From assembly GCA_043228905.1 (NCBI GenBank), contig JBHGNT010000014.1, positions 620,001 to 684,000 on the forward strand: a stretch of 64,000 bases of DNA. The letters are read 5' to 3'. Below the pieces are notes generated by a model. It was given only the letters and a program-made list of their open reading frames with translations, was not told the origin of the DNA and did not search any database. The stretch's first letter is position 1. Each line of letters opens with the position of its first letter. This DNA comes from Azolla caroliniana. Taxonomy: Eukaryota; Plantae; Polypodiophyta. Positions 1-11,744 of this stretch are shown here, piece by piece. A program made the translations under genes and the position numbers.

Positions 1-483
1 ACATTGTTTCCCTCTCCATGGCAATCTCTTCCATTTTTCAGATTTTTCTCTATCTTCATTTTCACAGTCTTCATCAGTTTCTACATTTTGTTTTGGGTTG
101 TACCAACTACCCAACTCATCAAATATTACATCCCGACTTACCACAATCTTTTTTGTCAAAGGGTTATAGCATCTATACCCTTTTTGCTCCTCTGAATATT
201 CAACAAAAACACATTTTTCAGCTTTTGGATCAAGCTTACTTCTCACTTTAGCAGGTACATGGACATAGGCAAGGCATCCAAACACTTTTAAGTGTTCTAA
301 ACTAGGCTTCCTGCCATAGAAACATTCTTCAGGAGCTACTTCAAGGCATCCTACCATATAAACATTCTTCAGTAGTTACTTCATGCACTCCATATGTTAT
401 ACATCTATTTAGAATATAATTTGTTGTGTTTACGCTTCTACCCAATAATACAATGACATTTTTTTTTTGTCAGTAAAGCCCTT
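1..483 (-). pseudogene. Decayed Ty1/Copia integrase C-terminal fragment (Copia-C, continues left of the window)
   Basis: Manual minus-strand translation gives ..ALL..YYWVEA..NYILNRC..FYGRKPSLEHLKVFGCLAYVHVPAKVRNKLDPKAEKCVFVEYSEEQKGYRCYNPLTKKIVVSRDVIFDE, the standard Copia integrase/SH3 motif series, with stops, a frameshift and a short internal duplication. Confidence 0.9.
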
Positions 484-527
484 ATTTTGCCTCTTCCCCC
501 ATCGCTATTGCACGTCTATTCTTACCT

Positions 528-680
528 TAAACCCTAAACCCTAAACCATAAAACATACACCAATGGCCTCAACAAACCGAACCCAAACCATAAACACAAT
601 ACTAACCCTAACTTAAACCCTAACCCTAAACAACACCCTAAACAAAACCTATACTCTAACTCTAACCCCAAACCCATACC
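528..680 (+). repeat. Telomere-type repeats: TAAACCCTAAACCCTAAACC followed by degenerate CCCTAA/CCCTAAA variants
   Basis: Direct reading; CCCTAAA is the C-strand of the plant TTTAGGG telomere repeat. Confidence 0.75.
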
Positions 681-1914
681 CAATCCATACCCGGGTAGCT
701 CCCACAAACACTCCTTTCACATGAATCATAATACTAATCGATATAAACAATGGTCAGACCGTCATAGTCCTCATCACCATCATCAATCACAACCTCCACA
801 GTCAAATTACCATCAACAAAACCACACTCCTCATCATCATCATCTACAATCACAAGCTTCACCATCATACCAACACCAACACCAACATCATCACCAACAG
901 CCACTGAAACATTTTCATCCGCCATACTGTCATCAAACACAGGTACATCAACAGCGACCAGACCAACACCATCCACAAGTTCAACACCATCCGCAACCAC
1001 CGACCTTTCACCATCACCAACCATCAACCCTTCCTTAGCAATAGGCACTCATTCAACGCGCCTATTCCTATAATATAGCACCCAACGAACTCTCTTACCA
1101 ACAAAACCCAATTAACAGCAGACATAATATACATGACCTATTGTTAGACTCATCAACGTACCGATGACTCCACCGCCTCCCCGGGAACCAATCTTTTCTG
1201 ACCAACATCAATCCCATGTAATACCCCCGCCGAAAATGTGGACCACGGACATACCATGGACCACCACACATCCATTGTCAATGTCGCCACCACAACATCG
1301 CACATATGAGGTTCTCAGTGAAGGGTGCCAGAATAGTCACCCGCCCACTAGAAGCTCTCATCTTTTTGAACAGTCGTCGCTCGATCTGCATTGGATACTA
1401 ATGTCGCCATTACCATTTCCTTCGTCGCACCAATCCCATACCCATGTCGGGACTGCGTGGGGCAGCAGTCATGGGTATGGACCGCCTTCTAAAACATTCC
1501 CCTAACCCACCTATTACACCCACGTCGTCCCACATCCGCCCCTTCCCTTCCCAAGGAGCAGAACACATACCGCCTCAACCGCTTAATCCTCTCCAAGAAA
1601 GCATTATCCCCATGCTTAGAACCATCCCCATAGGAAGCATCCTCCCCATACATGTGTGTACTGAGATTCATGGACATCCTTACCCAAACCCACACAGTCA
1701 CTCTCTAATCCCTCACACACACAGTTACCCCTCGCTCCCTTCCTACTCTCACCCAAACTCACACTCACACATAAACCCCTCTTATCTCGACTCACACACA
1801 TACCCTTTTATTTATACACATACCCCTAATAATACCCTTCCTATCACCACTTCCCACTTACACCCACACAACTACATGTCACACACTTGTCCAAACCCCC
1901 CTTCTTCTTTTCTT

Positions 1915-1966
1915 CCCCCCCCCCCCCCCCCCACACACACTAAACCCTAAACCCTAAACCCTAAAC
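1915..1966 (+). repeat. Poly-C tract + (AC)n + perfect telomeric tract CTAAA(CCCTAAA)3C
   Basis: cccccc...ccacacacactaaaccctaaaccctaaaccctaaac read directly; telomeric part at 1940-1966. Confidence 0.9.
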
Positions 1967-1978
1967 GTGTAACGCGGC

Positions 1979-2590
1979 ATGCGAATCGTACAAATAGATG
2001 ATTCCGACACGCCGTACACCCTACTAAACGTCTAGTTTACCTACTTAATAGACACACAAACACCACCAATGCACGTGTATGGTTAGGAAATCTCTCTTGT
2101 CGAAGCCCTCCTACACATCCAAGCTCGTCAAGTAAGTGGCTATCCCAAAACTTTAGAATCTCGCATCTCTGACATGTTTTCGGAACTATGCAAACTTGAG
2201 ATAATCGATACTTGAGAAATCACAATAGAGCACTCGGCATTAGGTGCAAAATCTTACAGCACCAATGACCTATGGCGTAACACCTGCAGCAAGTGGCATA
2301 AAAACATGCTGAGAGAGATTAGGGGAGCGTTCAACGACTTCAAGCTCACACAATTTCTCAAGGCGCAAAATGATCACAATGCTCTCACTTAGCGAGATAG
2401 AGCTCGAGATCAAGCAATGGAAGATGCCGACAACCTCCTGCGGGAAGCAACCATTGCCGACCTCGTCAATAAATCAATCGACAATAAAATCTTGCCAATA
2501 CTCACTAGGTGTAAGCAACTCATAAAAAAGCAAGAAACTCCACCTCCCGCAAAGCAACCCATTCGAGCTGAAAGTGATAAGAGATCCTAG
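1979..2590 (+). pseudogene. Decayed 204-codon ORF of unknown (possibly retroelement ORF1-like) protein, copy 1
   Basis: One frame from ATG 1979 to TAG 2590 (MRIVQIDDSDTPYTLLNV*...EISLVEALLHIQARQ...RDRARDQAMEDADNLLREATIADLVNKSIDNKILPIL...) with only 4 internal stops (2033, 2084, 2213, 2390). Two of these are CAA in copy 2. Confidence 0.7.
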
Positions 2591-3384
2591 ACCAAACTTA
2601 CTTGACACATTCGAGTTTTATGTTTGCTCTTCTATCCCTCTCTTATCCTCTTAATCTTTCGCCTCTTCCCCCATCGTTGTTGCACGTCTATTCTTACCTT
2701 AAACCATAAAACATACACCAATGGTCTCAACAAACCGAACCCAAACCATAAACGCAATACTAACCCTAACATAAACCCTAACCCTAAACAACACCCTAAA
2801 CAAAACCTATACTCTAACTCTAACCCCAAACCCATACCCAATCCATACCCGGGTAGCTCCCACAAACACTCCTTTCACACGAATCATAATACTAATCGAT
2901 ATAAACAATGGTCGAACCTGTTGGGAATCAACGCTTGGATTCACCTTCACCACTCGGCCACAACCGAGTGATCGCGGATCAATGCAGCAGAAAAAATAGG
3001 AAATACAGAGAAAGACGCGATACACAGGAATTAACGTGGAAAACCCTATACGGGAAAAACCACGGGAGTGCGAGACTCCAAACCAAACTATGCACAGAGA
3101 AATATACAATGGCGAGCTGCAAGGCAACGACCTTGAGCTCGCTGTCCTCGCCACAGGCGGCGGAAATACACAGAGGCGTCTACCTCTTCGTCTCTCTCGC
3201 GCTCTATCTCTCTCTCTCTCTCGGCTGCTCCCTCTTCACTCCTCTTGAGTGGAAAGACAAAAAAAAATGATCAGCAACACAAAACTATTTGCCCTAAGTC
3301 ATATTTATACACATATGACTTTCGGGCTATTTACAAATATAGCCTCAAGGGCCCTTGGCAAACATATTCACAAATATGTCCCCG

Positions 3385-3555
3385 CATCCGGATCTCTCTC
3401 CGGGTACATTCGTCATCCGGCTCCGTAGTCGGGGTCTTCAGCATCCGGTTCCGTAACCGGGGTCTTCATCATCCGGATCCGTATCCGGGTACTCTTCATC
3501 CGGCTTCATGCCGGGTACTCTTCATCATCCGGTTCCGTAACCGCAACCGGGCTTG
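3385..3555. repeat. Imperfect ~25-30 bp tandem repeats (tcatccggttccgtaaccggggtcttca-like) in Copia-D LTR U3 (also ~8190-8360)
   Basis: Direct reading of repeated catccgg..ccgta..ccggg..tcttca modules. Confidence 0.7.
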
Positions 3556-3616
3556 CCGTCATTTATCCCCGGGGACATCTCATCCGGAGGGACCGAAATC
3601 CCAACAAACTCCCCCT

Positions 3617-6600
3617 TCACTTCGGCATGGGATGTCTCTCCAATCCAATCCTCTTCCGGCATGCTTCCAACTTGTCGGGTGTGAGCACTTTGGTCAGCAT
3701 ATCTGAGCCGTTCTCGTCCGTGTGGATCTTCGTCAGCACGAACTCCTTGTCTTCTATCCTTTCCCGGATCCAGTGGTATCTACGCTGGATGTGCTTCGTC
3801 CGGGAGTGATAGGCCGCATTCTTCGCAAGGTGGATGGCACTCTGACTGTCGCAGTAGAGTCGGTACTCCTCCTGCCGGATACCGAGCTCTCTAATGAAGT
3901 CCTTCATCCATATTATTTCCTTGCCGGCTTCAACAGCTGCCATGTACTCCGCCTCCGTGGTTGACAACGCAACCGTCTTCTACAGCCTCGACTGCCACGA
4001 AACGGCTCCCCCTGCATACGTCATCACATACCCTGATGTGGACCGGCTGGTATCTGCATCAGCCGACATATCCGAATCGGTGAAGCCGTCGAGTTCGGGC
4101 TTACCGGAGCCGAATCGGAGGCACACGTTTGTCGTGCCCTTCAGGTATCGGAATATCCACTTGGCCGCGTTCCAATGCTCTTTGCCGGGATTGCTCATGT
4201 ACCGGCTCACAACTCCGACTGCATATCCGATGTCCGGTCTCGTACACACCATGGCGTACATCAAGCTCCCGACGGCTGAGGCATACGGCACTTTCATCAT
4301 ATCCTCCTTTTCAGCCTTTGTCTTGGGGCTTTGCTTGCTGGACAGCTTGCAGTTTGCCGGGAGGGTCGATCCGACCGGTCTTGCCTCCGACATGTTGAAC
4401 CGGTGAAGCACCTTCGTCACGTACTTCTCCTGTGACAGCCACAACTGCTTCTTCTTCCGGTCCCGAATGATGTGCATCCCTAATATTTGCCTCGCCGGAC
4501 CCAGGTCCTTCATTGAGAAGGTTCGGTGAAGAGCCTTCTTCAGCATCCGTATCTTGACCTGGTCCCGTCCGACGATCAACATGTCGTCCACGTACAGGAG
4601 GAGTATTAGAGAGTCTCCTCCTTCGAACTTCTTCACAAACACGCAGTGGTCGGACTGCGTTTTGAGGTACCCTTCGTCGGTCATGAAGGAGTCGAACTTC
4701 CGGTACCATTGCCGGGGAGCCTGCTTCAGTCCGTAAAGGCTCTTCTTCAACCGGCATACCAGGTGCTCCTTCCCTTTCTTCTCGAATCCTTCCGGTTGCT
4801 GCATGTAGATCTCTTCTTCGAGGTCACCGTGAAGGAATGCCGTCTTCACGTCCATCTGTTCTACCTCGAGGTCCATGCTTGCCGCTATGCTCAGCACCGT
4901 CCGGATGGAGGTCATCTTCACTACCGGGGCAAATATCTCGTCGAAGTCGACACCCTTCTTCTGCTGAAACCCCTTCACCACGATCCTGGCTTTGTATCTC
5001 GGGGGGTTTTCGGCATCTCCCGGTTTCAGCTTGAACACCCACTTGTTTCGAAGTGCCCGCTTTCCTTTCGGCAACTCCACAAGTTCATATGTGTGGTTCT
5101 CATGCAGGGAATCCATCTCGTCCTGCATGGCACTCAACCACCTGCGGCTCTGGGTGTCATGCTTTGCTTCTTCAAAGCTCTCCGGCTCCCCCTCGTCGGT
5201 TAGCAGCACGTGCTCTGGTTCCGGAAATCTCCGGGGGGCCCTCCTCTCTCTTAGAGGATATCTCCGTTCGGAAGCTTCGGTAACCGGTTCTTCCGATTCT
5301 TCTTCTTCATCCGAATCCATTTCGGGATCGGGGCCGGTTCCGGTATCGTTCTCATCTTCTTCGGCCGGTTCTGTTTCTTCACCGTCTTCGGCCGGATCCT
5401 CGAGTGCTAACCGGTCCCTTGCCGGTCGGGACTGCTCCTCGTAGAGTTGATCCTCACCGGTCGACTTGGAGCTCTTCACCTTCTTCTCCGACTCCCAGTC
5501 GGCGAGTGTCTTGTCCTCCATGAAGATGATGTCTCGACTCCTGAATATCTTCTTGTCGACCGGGTCCCATACTCGGTAGCCGAACTCGTCGTCGCCGTAA
5601 CCGAGGAATATGCATGGCCGGGTCTTTGGATCTAGCTTTCCTCTCCGGTCCTTTGCCACATGCACGTAAGCGAGACACCCGAACACCTTCAGATGCCGGT
5701 AGGACACTTCCTTACCGGTCCACACTTTCTGCGGCGTGTCTCCATCCAAAGGTACTGAGGGTGATCTGTTTATCACATACGTCGCCGTCGACATTGCCTC
5801 AGCCCAAAATCCCTTGGGTAATTTCGCATGCGCCAGCATACTCCGGACCCTCTCCATTATGGTCCGGTTCATCCTCTCGGCCAGCCCGTTCAGTTCCGGC
5901 GTCTTCGGCACAGTAAACTCGAGTCGGATACCCTTCGAGCGACAGTACTCCTGGAACTGCCCCCGGTATTCCCCTCCGTTATCCGCTCGTATCGCTTTCA
6001 GCTTCTTGCCGGATTCCCTTTCCACTCTCGCGTGGAGTTCTTTGAAGACGCACAACACTTGGTCCTTTGTCTTCATCGGTGCCGTCCACAGTTTTCGGCT
6101 ATGATCATCGATGAATGTTACGAAGTACTGGGCTCCGCCATGTGACTTCGTCTCTACCTGACACACGTCAGTGTGCACCAACTCCAATGGTGCGCTACGT
6201 CTCGTCGGTGGCCTTGAGTGGAAGGAGGTTCGGTTCTGCTTACCGGCCAGGCAATCGGTGCACTTCTCCAGGTGCACATGCTTCACTGGGATAAGGTTGT
6301 CTTCTGCAAGCCTCTTCATCCCCTTCTCACTCATGTGGCACAGTCTCTTGTGCCACAGCTCACCGGCAATGTCGGCTGCCACATTCAGCTCTTCCGGACA
6401 TAACCGGGCATTCATCAGGTACAGTGTGTTGACTTTCCGGGCCCGAGCCACTATCAGGCTCCCCTTGCTGAACTTCATTACGCCGTTCCGGATGCTACCT
6501 GTGTAGCCTTCATCGTCTAGCCTCCCGGCCGAAATCAGGTTCAATCGAACCTCCGGAACGTGACGGACATCCTTCAGCAGCATTTTGCATCCGGTCGGGG

Positions 6601-7693
6601 TTGTCAACCACACGTCTCCGATGCCGGCAATCCGGCACGTACCTTCATTTCCCATCCGAACACAGCCATGCTCGCCGGCTGTGTAGGATGAAAAGTATCT
6701 TCTCTCCGGGGTCAGGTGGAACGACGCTCCGGAATCGACCACCCAGGTCATCTCATCGCCGGCAATGTTTAGTTCACCTTCTTCGGTGATGAGCATGATC
6801 TCCTCTTCACTTGCCGCGAGTGCCGTCGTTCCTTTTCGGTCCTGCCCTCGCCGATCCGGACCTCTCCGGTCCGTGGCTCCCCGGTATGCACCGTTTCTCT
6901 CCGGTGACTTCTTCGAATCGGTGTCGTCGGCTCCGTTGTCCTTTCGGTAATGCCGACAATTCTTCCGAAAGTGCCCCGGCTTCCCACAGTGGAAGCATGT
7001 GGGTCTTCCTCTTGACTGCGACCGGGTCCCCGACTTCTCCCGTCTTTGCGGACTCCGGTTCCATTGTCTTCCCCGATCCGATTCGGTAAACAACATCTTC
7101 GGGTCGGAGGCCGGTTCCTTATCTCTCCGACGCGCTTCTTCATTCAGAATACTTGTCTTTACCGTTTGTAAGGACAAGTTATCTTCGGTGCACGAGGTGC
7201 TGAGAGTCACCACCAAGTTCTCCCAGCTTTCCGGCAATGTACACATCAGGATGATGGCTTGCATTGCATCCTCCAACGGGAACTTGATCGCCGCAAGCTG
7301 ATTCACGAATCCCATGAACGTGCTTACGTGTTCCACCATACTCTCGCCGTCCCGGTACTTGAGATTCACTATCTTCCTCATCAGGGAGGTCCGGTTCAAC
7401 GCATTCTTCCTCTTGTAGAGGCCCGACAGCTTCTTCCACATCTCATATGCGTTGGTGTCGTTTGCCACATGTTGTAGGACGCTCACGTCGACGTATTGTC
7501 GGATCGTCGCTACGGCTTTCCGGTTCAGGAGCTTCCACTCCGACTCAAGTACCCCTTTCGGTATTTCCGACCTGTCAATCGGTTCGTACAGGTCCCGAAC
7601 AATCAGAAGGTCCTCCATCTTGATCTTCCAGTCGGCGTAATTCTGTGCATTCAGCACCATCATCATCGGCTGCCCGCTGCCGCCGCCTTCCAT
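3617..7693 (-). pseudogene. Copia gag-pol polyprotein with a single in-frame stop in RNase H
   Basis: Zn knuckle CFHCGKPGHFRKNC, protease WVVDSGAS, integrase (GAG-pre-INT, DDE core), RT LLLYVDDML, RNase H. TAG at 3980-3982 is followed by an in-frame continuation to 3617. Confidence 0.95.
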
Positions 7694-9539
7694 TTTCTGC
7701 AACAGTCGCTCTGATACCAGTTTGTTGGGAATCAACGCTTGGATTCACCTTCACCACTCAGCCACAACCGAGTGATCGCGGATCAATGCAGCAGAAAAAA
7801 TAGGAAATACAGAGAAAGACGCGATACACAGGAATTAACGTGGAAAACCCTATACGGGAAAAACCACGGGAGTGCGAGACTCCAAACCAAACTATGCACA
7901 GAGAAATATACAATGGCGAGCTGCAAGGCAACGACCTTGAGCTCGCTGTCCTCGCCACAGGCGGCGGAAATACACAGAGGCGTCTACCTCTTCGTCTCTC
8001 TCGCGCTCTATCTCTCTCTCTCTCTCGGCTGCTCCCTCTTCACTCCTCTTGAGTGGAAAGACAAAAAAAAATGATCAGCAACACAAAACTATTTGCCCTA
8101 AGTCATATTTATACACATATGACTTTCGGGCTATTTACAAATATAGCCTCAAGGGCCCTTGGCAAACATATTCACAAATATGTCCCCGCATCCGGATCTC
8201 TCTCCGGGTACATTCGTCATCCGGCTCCGTAGTCGGGGTCTTCAGCATCCGGTTCCGTAACCGGGGTCTTCATCATCCGGATCCGTATCCGGGTACTCTT
8301 CATCCGGCTTCATGCCGGGTACTCTTCATCATCCGGTTCCGTAACCGCAACCGGGCTTGCCGTCATTTATCCCCGGGGACATCTCATCCGGAGGGACCGA
8401 AATCCCAACAGAACCGCCATAGTCCTCATCACCATCATCAATCACAACCTCCACAGTCAAATTACCATCAACAAAACCACACTCCTCATCATCATCATCT
8501 ACAATCACAAGCTCCACCATCATACCAACACCAACACCAACATCACCACCAACAGCCATTGAAACATTTTCATTTGCCATACTGTCATCAAACATAGGTA
8601 CATCAACAGCGACCGGACCAACACCATCCACAGGTTCTACATCATCCACAGCCACCGACCTTTCACCATCGCCAACCATCAACCCTTCCTTAGCAACATG
8701 CACCCATTCAACGCGCCTATTCCTATAACATAGCAACCAACGAACTCTCTTACCGACAAAACCCAATTAACAGCTGACATAATATACAGATGACTCCACC
8801 GCCTCCCCGGAAACCAATCTTTTCTGACCAACGTCAATCCCATGTAATACCCCCGCCGAAAATGTGGACCACGGACATACCATGGACCACCACACATCCA
8901 TTGTCGATGTCGCCACCACAACATCGCACATATGAGGTTCTCAGTGAAGGGTGCCAAAATAGTCACCCGCCCACTAGAAGCTCTCATCTTTTTGAACAGT
9001 CGTCGCTCGATCTGCATTGGATACTAATGTCGCCGTTACCATTTCCTTCGTCGCACCAATCCCATACCCATGTCGGGACTGTGTGGGGCAGCAGTCACGG
9101 GTATGGACCGCCTTCTAAACATTCCCCTAACCCGCCTATTACACCCACGTCGTCCCACATCCGCCCCTTCCCTTCCCAAGGAGCAGAACACATACCGCCT
9201 CAACAGCTTAATCCTCTCCAAGAAAGCATTATCCCCATGCTTAGAACCATCCCCATAGGAAGCATCCTCCCCATACAGGAGCGTACTGAGATCCATGCAC
9301 ATCCCTACTCAAACCCACACAGTCACTCTCTAATCCCTCACACACACAGTTACCCCTTGCTCCAGTCCTACTCTCACCCAACCTCACACTCACACATAAA
9401 CCCCTCTTATCTCAACTCACACACATACCCTTTTATTTATACACATACCCCTAATAATACCCTTCCCCCCACCACTTCCCACTTACACCCACACAACTAC
9501 ATGTCACACACTTCTCCAAACCCCCCTTCTTCTTTTCTT

Positions 9540-9591
9540 CCCCCCCCCCCCCCCCCCACACACACTAAACCCTAAACCCTAAACCCTAAAC
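9540..9591 (+). repeat. Poly-C + (AC)n + telomeric tract CTAAA(CCCTAAA)3C, copy 2
   Basis: Same arrangement as 1915-1966; telomeric part at 9565-9591. Confidence 0.9.
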
Positions 9592-9603
9592 GTGTAACGC
9601 GGC

Positions 9604-10061
9604 ATGCGGATCGTACAAATAGATGATTCTGAGACGCAGTACACCCTACTAAACATCTAGTTAATAGACCCACACACGCCACCAATGCACATGTATGGTT
9701 AGGAAATCTCTCTTGTCGAAGCCCTCCTGAACGTCCAAGCTCGTCAACTAAGTGACTATCCCAAAACTTTAGAATCTCGCATCTCTGACAAGTTTTCGGA
9801 ACTATGCAAACTTGAGATAATCGATACTCAAGAAATCACAATAGAGCACTCCGCATTAGGTGCAAAATCTTATAGCACCAATGACCTATGGCATAGCACC
9901 TGCAGCAAGTGGCATAAAAACATGCGGAGAGAGTTTAGGTGAGCGGTCAACGACTTCAAGCTCGTACAATTTCTCCAGGCGCAAAATGATCACAACGCTC
10001 TCACTCAACGAGATAGAGCTCGAGATAAAGCGATGGAGGATGCCGACAACCTCTTGCGGGA
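9604..10061 (+). pseudogene. Decayed ORF copy 2 (3' truncated)
   Basis: Same frame as 1979-2590, with a frame-preserving 9-nt deletion, CAA at 9829 and 10006 where copy 1 has stops, and its own TGA at 9940 (GGA in copy 1). Confidence 0.65.
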
Positions 10062-11190
10062 TTTCTTTCTACCAGTACAAGCATTGAAACCAGATTTGGA
10101 AAACTTGGGATGCTATCCCTTGTGAGGATAGATGTTTTGAAGCTTTTATATTGAGGTCCTAAACCTCTTAAGCATATTTCCACCTTATCATCATCTTCTA
10201 CCTTCACATTGATAGAAGCAAGTGATTCACATATGCTCTTTATTTTCAGAGCAAATACTCATTCGTTGATATCTTACCTTTTTCCAAGGTATTTAGCTGA
10301 GTCTTCAACTGAATCTTTCTACCCTTTGTGTTCACTGTAAACAGTTTTACTAAACTGTCCCAAGCTTCTTTTGGAAGCATAGCATCATTTATGTGTCCAA
10401 GCATCGAATATTAGATGTTATGTGAGAGCCAATGCAATACCTTTCTTGCCCCTTGATTCCATTCCTTAAATGCTTTAATTTGTGCAGCAATTGCATTTTC
10501 TTCAGGGATCTCTGGAGCCTCTTCTAGGTCTCCTTCAATGTAATCCCAATATCCTTTTCCCATCAGGAAATTTGTCATTCTGAATTTTCACGCCGGGAAA
10601 TTGCTTTTATCCAGCTTTTCTGTGACTATTTGGCTTCCATTCTCAGCAACCATTCTCTCTTTCCATTAGTGCTTTTGTTATGATTAAGTTCACAAACAAC
10701 TCTGTCATTCATATCAACAACCAGAACCAAACTTCTCATATCTGTACTGTTCTAATCTTCTTTACGAGCAACTCTGCTCTGATACCATGTTACGAAGGCA
10801 TTACGACTCTTCTGTGTGCACAGCGGATCGTGATGTGTTGGATCGTTTAGTGCTCAAGACAGAAAGGGGAAGGGGAAGGACACTTACCTCTACACGGTCC
10901 AAAAGCTTCTATTCCATTACACACAGAGCTCAACTCGCTCTCATCAATTTTCTGTTCTTACAACTCTCTACTCTCGCAACTTCTACTTCTTACAACTTAC
11001 TACACTTACTTTTTACCTAAGTATATAAGTCACTTACATAAGCAGCTAATTAGTTGTCAGTAGCTAAATAGTTGTGCATTGCTAATTAGATGTTTCACCT
11101 TTATGTCCACTAGTAGCTAATTAGCTAATAGCTACTATAGCTTATTTTTCAATAAGCATCACATACCTTTGTTGAGCTTGCTTCTCAACA
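10062..11190 (-). mobile_element. 5' part of an old AT-rich Copia (Copia-C): 5' LTR 10788-11190, PBS, decayed gag
   Basis: LTR TG...CA; PBS gctctgatacca at 10776-10787. Gag from ATG 10653 reads MVAENGSQIVTEKLDKSNFPA*KFRMTNFLMGKGYWDYIEG...KVEICLRGLGPQYKSFKTSI, truncated at 10062. Confidence 0.88.
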
Positions 11191-11744
11191 CTATGGCCAA
11201 TGTTAGCGCTCAAGAATATCAATCCGTTTTCTCAGAGTTGCAATGCTTGAAAGAGAAGTTTCTCGCTTTGGAATGTTATTCTCTAGCCGGACAAGGCCTA
11301 ACACAAGGTGTCACGGAGACACTTCACCAAAGGGTGATTACGGCATAAGATTAAGATTCAACGATTACACCGACTTACATAGGTTACACGATTAGAATGC
11401 TTCGGTTAATTACACGCGTAAGATATAACAGTAATTACAGAACGGAAATCAAGACAGAAGTATAAACAACATAAGCTCTATTAATTATCCGCTCCGATTA
11501 CAATGGGGTCCGGGCCTTTAAATAGGTTTCCGGCCCGTAGTACAAAACGGTGCCTCTCGCACCTATTCGGGATCCGTCCGGATCTGGAACGGCATACCGT
11601 TTCCAGTCCGTCCGTCCACACTATGCTCATTTACAACCATATCTAATTAATTCCTTCACTCCGTATTTTGGACTCCTTGCCGGCCGGTAACACATGGCAC
11701 GCCCGTGGGACAGTACCTTGTACGTCGAACCCTTCTCGGCCCCT

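Larger units (their letters stand above)
486..2660 (+). repeat. Copy 1 of a ~2.17-kb tandem unit (C/A-rich, with telomeric motifs and a decayed ORF)
   Basis: Sequence at 490 (gcctcttcccccatcg) recurs at 2661. The whole unit aligns with 2661-2918 plus 8416-10061 at high but imperfect identity. Confidence 0.92.
2919..8410 (-). mobile_element. Full-length young Ty1/Copia LTR retrotransposon (Copia-D)
   Basis: 688-bp LTRs at 2919-3606 and 7723-8410 (TG...CA, one visible mismatch). TSD GAACC (2914-2918 / 8411-8415). tRNA-iMet PBS TGGTATCAGAGC (7708-7719, minus). PPT at ~3607-3618. Gag-PR-INT-RT-RH polyprotein. Confidence 0.98.
2661..10061 (+). repeat. Copy 2 of the ~2.17-kb tandem unit, split by Copia-D (2919-8410) and truncated at 10061
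   Basis: 2661-2918 and 8416-10061 rejoin at the GAACC TSD and align with copy 1. Alignment ends abruptly at ...ctcttgcggga 10061. Confidence 0.92.

Noticed and set aside
58-80. Minus-strand CTGATGA...GAAA resembling a hammerhead core
   Set aside because: No stem II pairing, and it lies within Copia coding sequence (ETDEDCEN).
734-1048. Acidic Val/Gly-rich minus-strand ORF (also 8329-8766)
   Set aside because: Antisense shadow of the C/A-rich low-complexity strand.
1161-1190. ccgatga...ggaacc as a degenerate hammerhead in the tandem unit
   Set aside because: The core is imperfect and flanking stems are not formable by eye; it provides no support for the PLE hypothesis.
1940-1966. Telomerase RNA template or true chromosome end
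   Set aside because: Nearly four perfect repeats inside a duplicated unit, with no Pol III USE/TATA context; far too short and interstitial for a telomere.
2908-3706. ORFs within LTRs (also 7739-8597, 21834-22769, 38433-38961)
   Set aside because: They lie in LTR sequence, and their recurrence simply reflects LTR duplication.
4129-7714. Many overlapping short ORFs inside Copia-D (and similar ones inside the other elements)
   Set aside because: Alternative-frame or antisense artefacts of GC-rich TE coding sequence.
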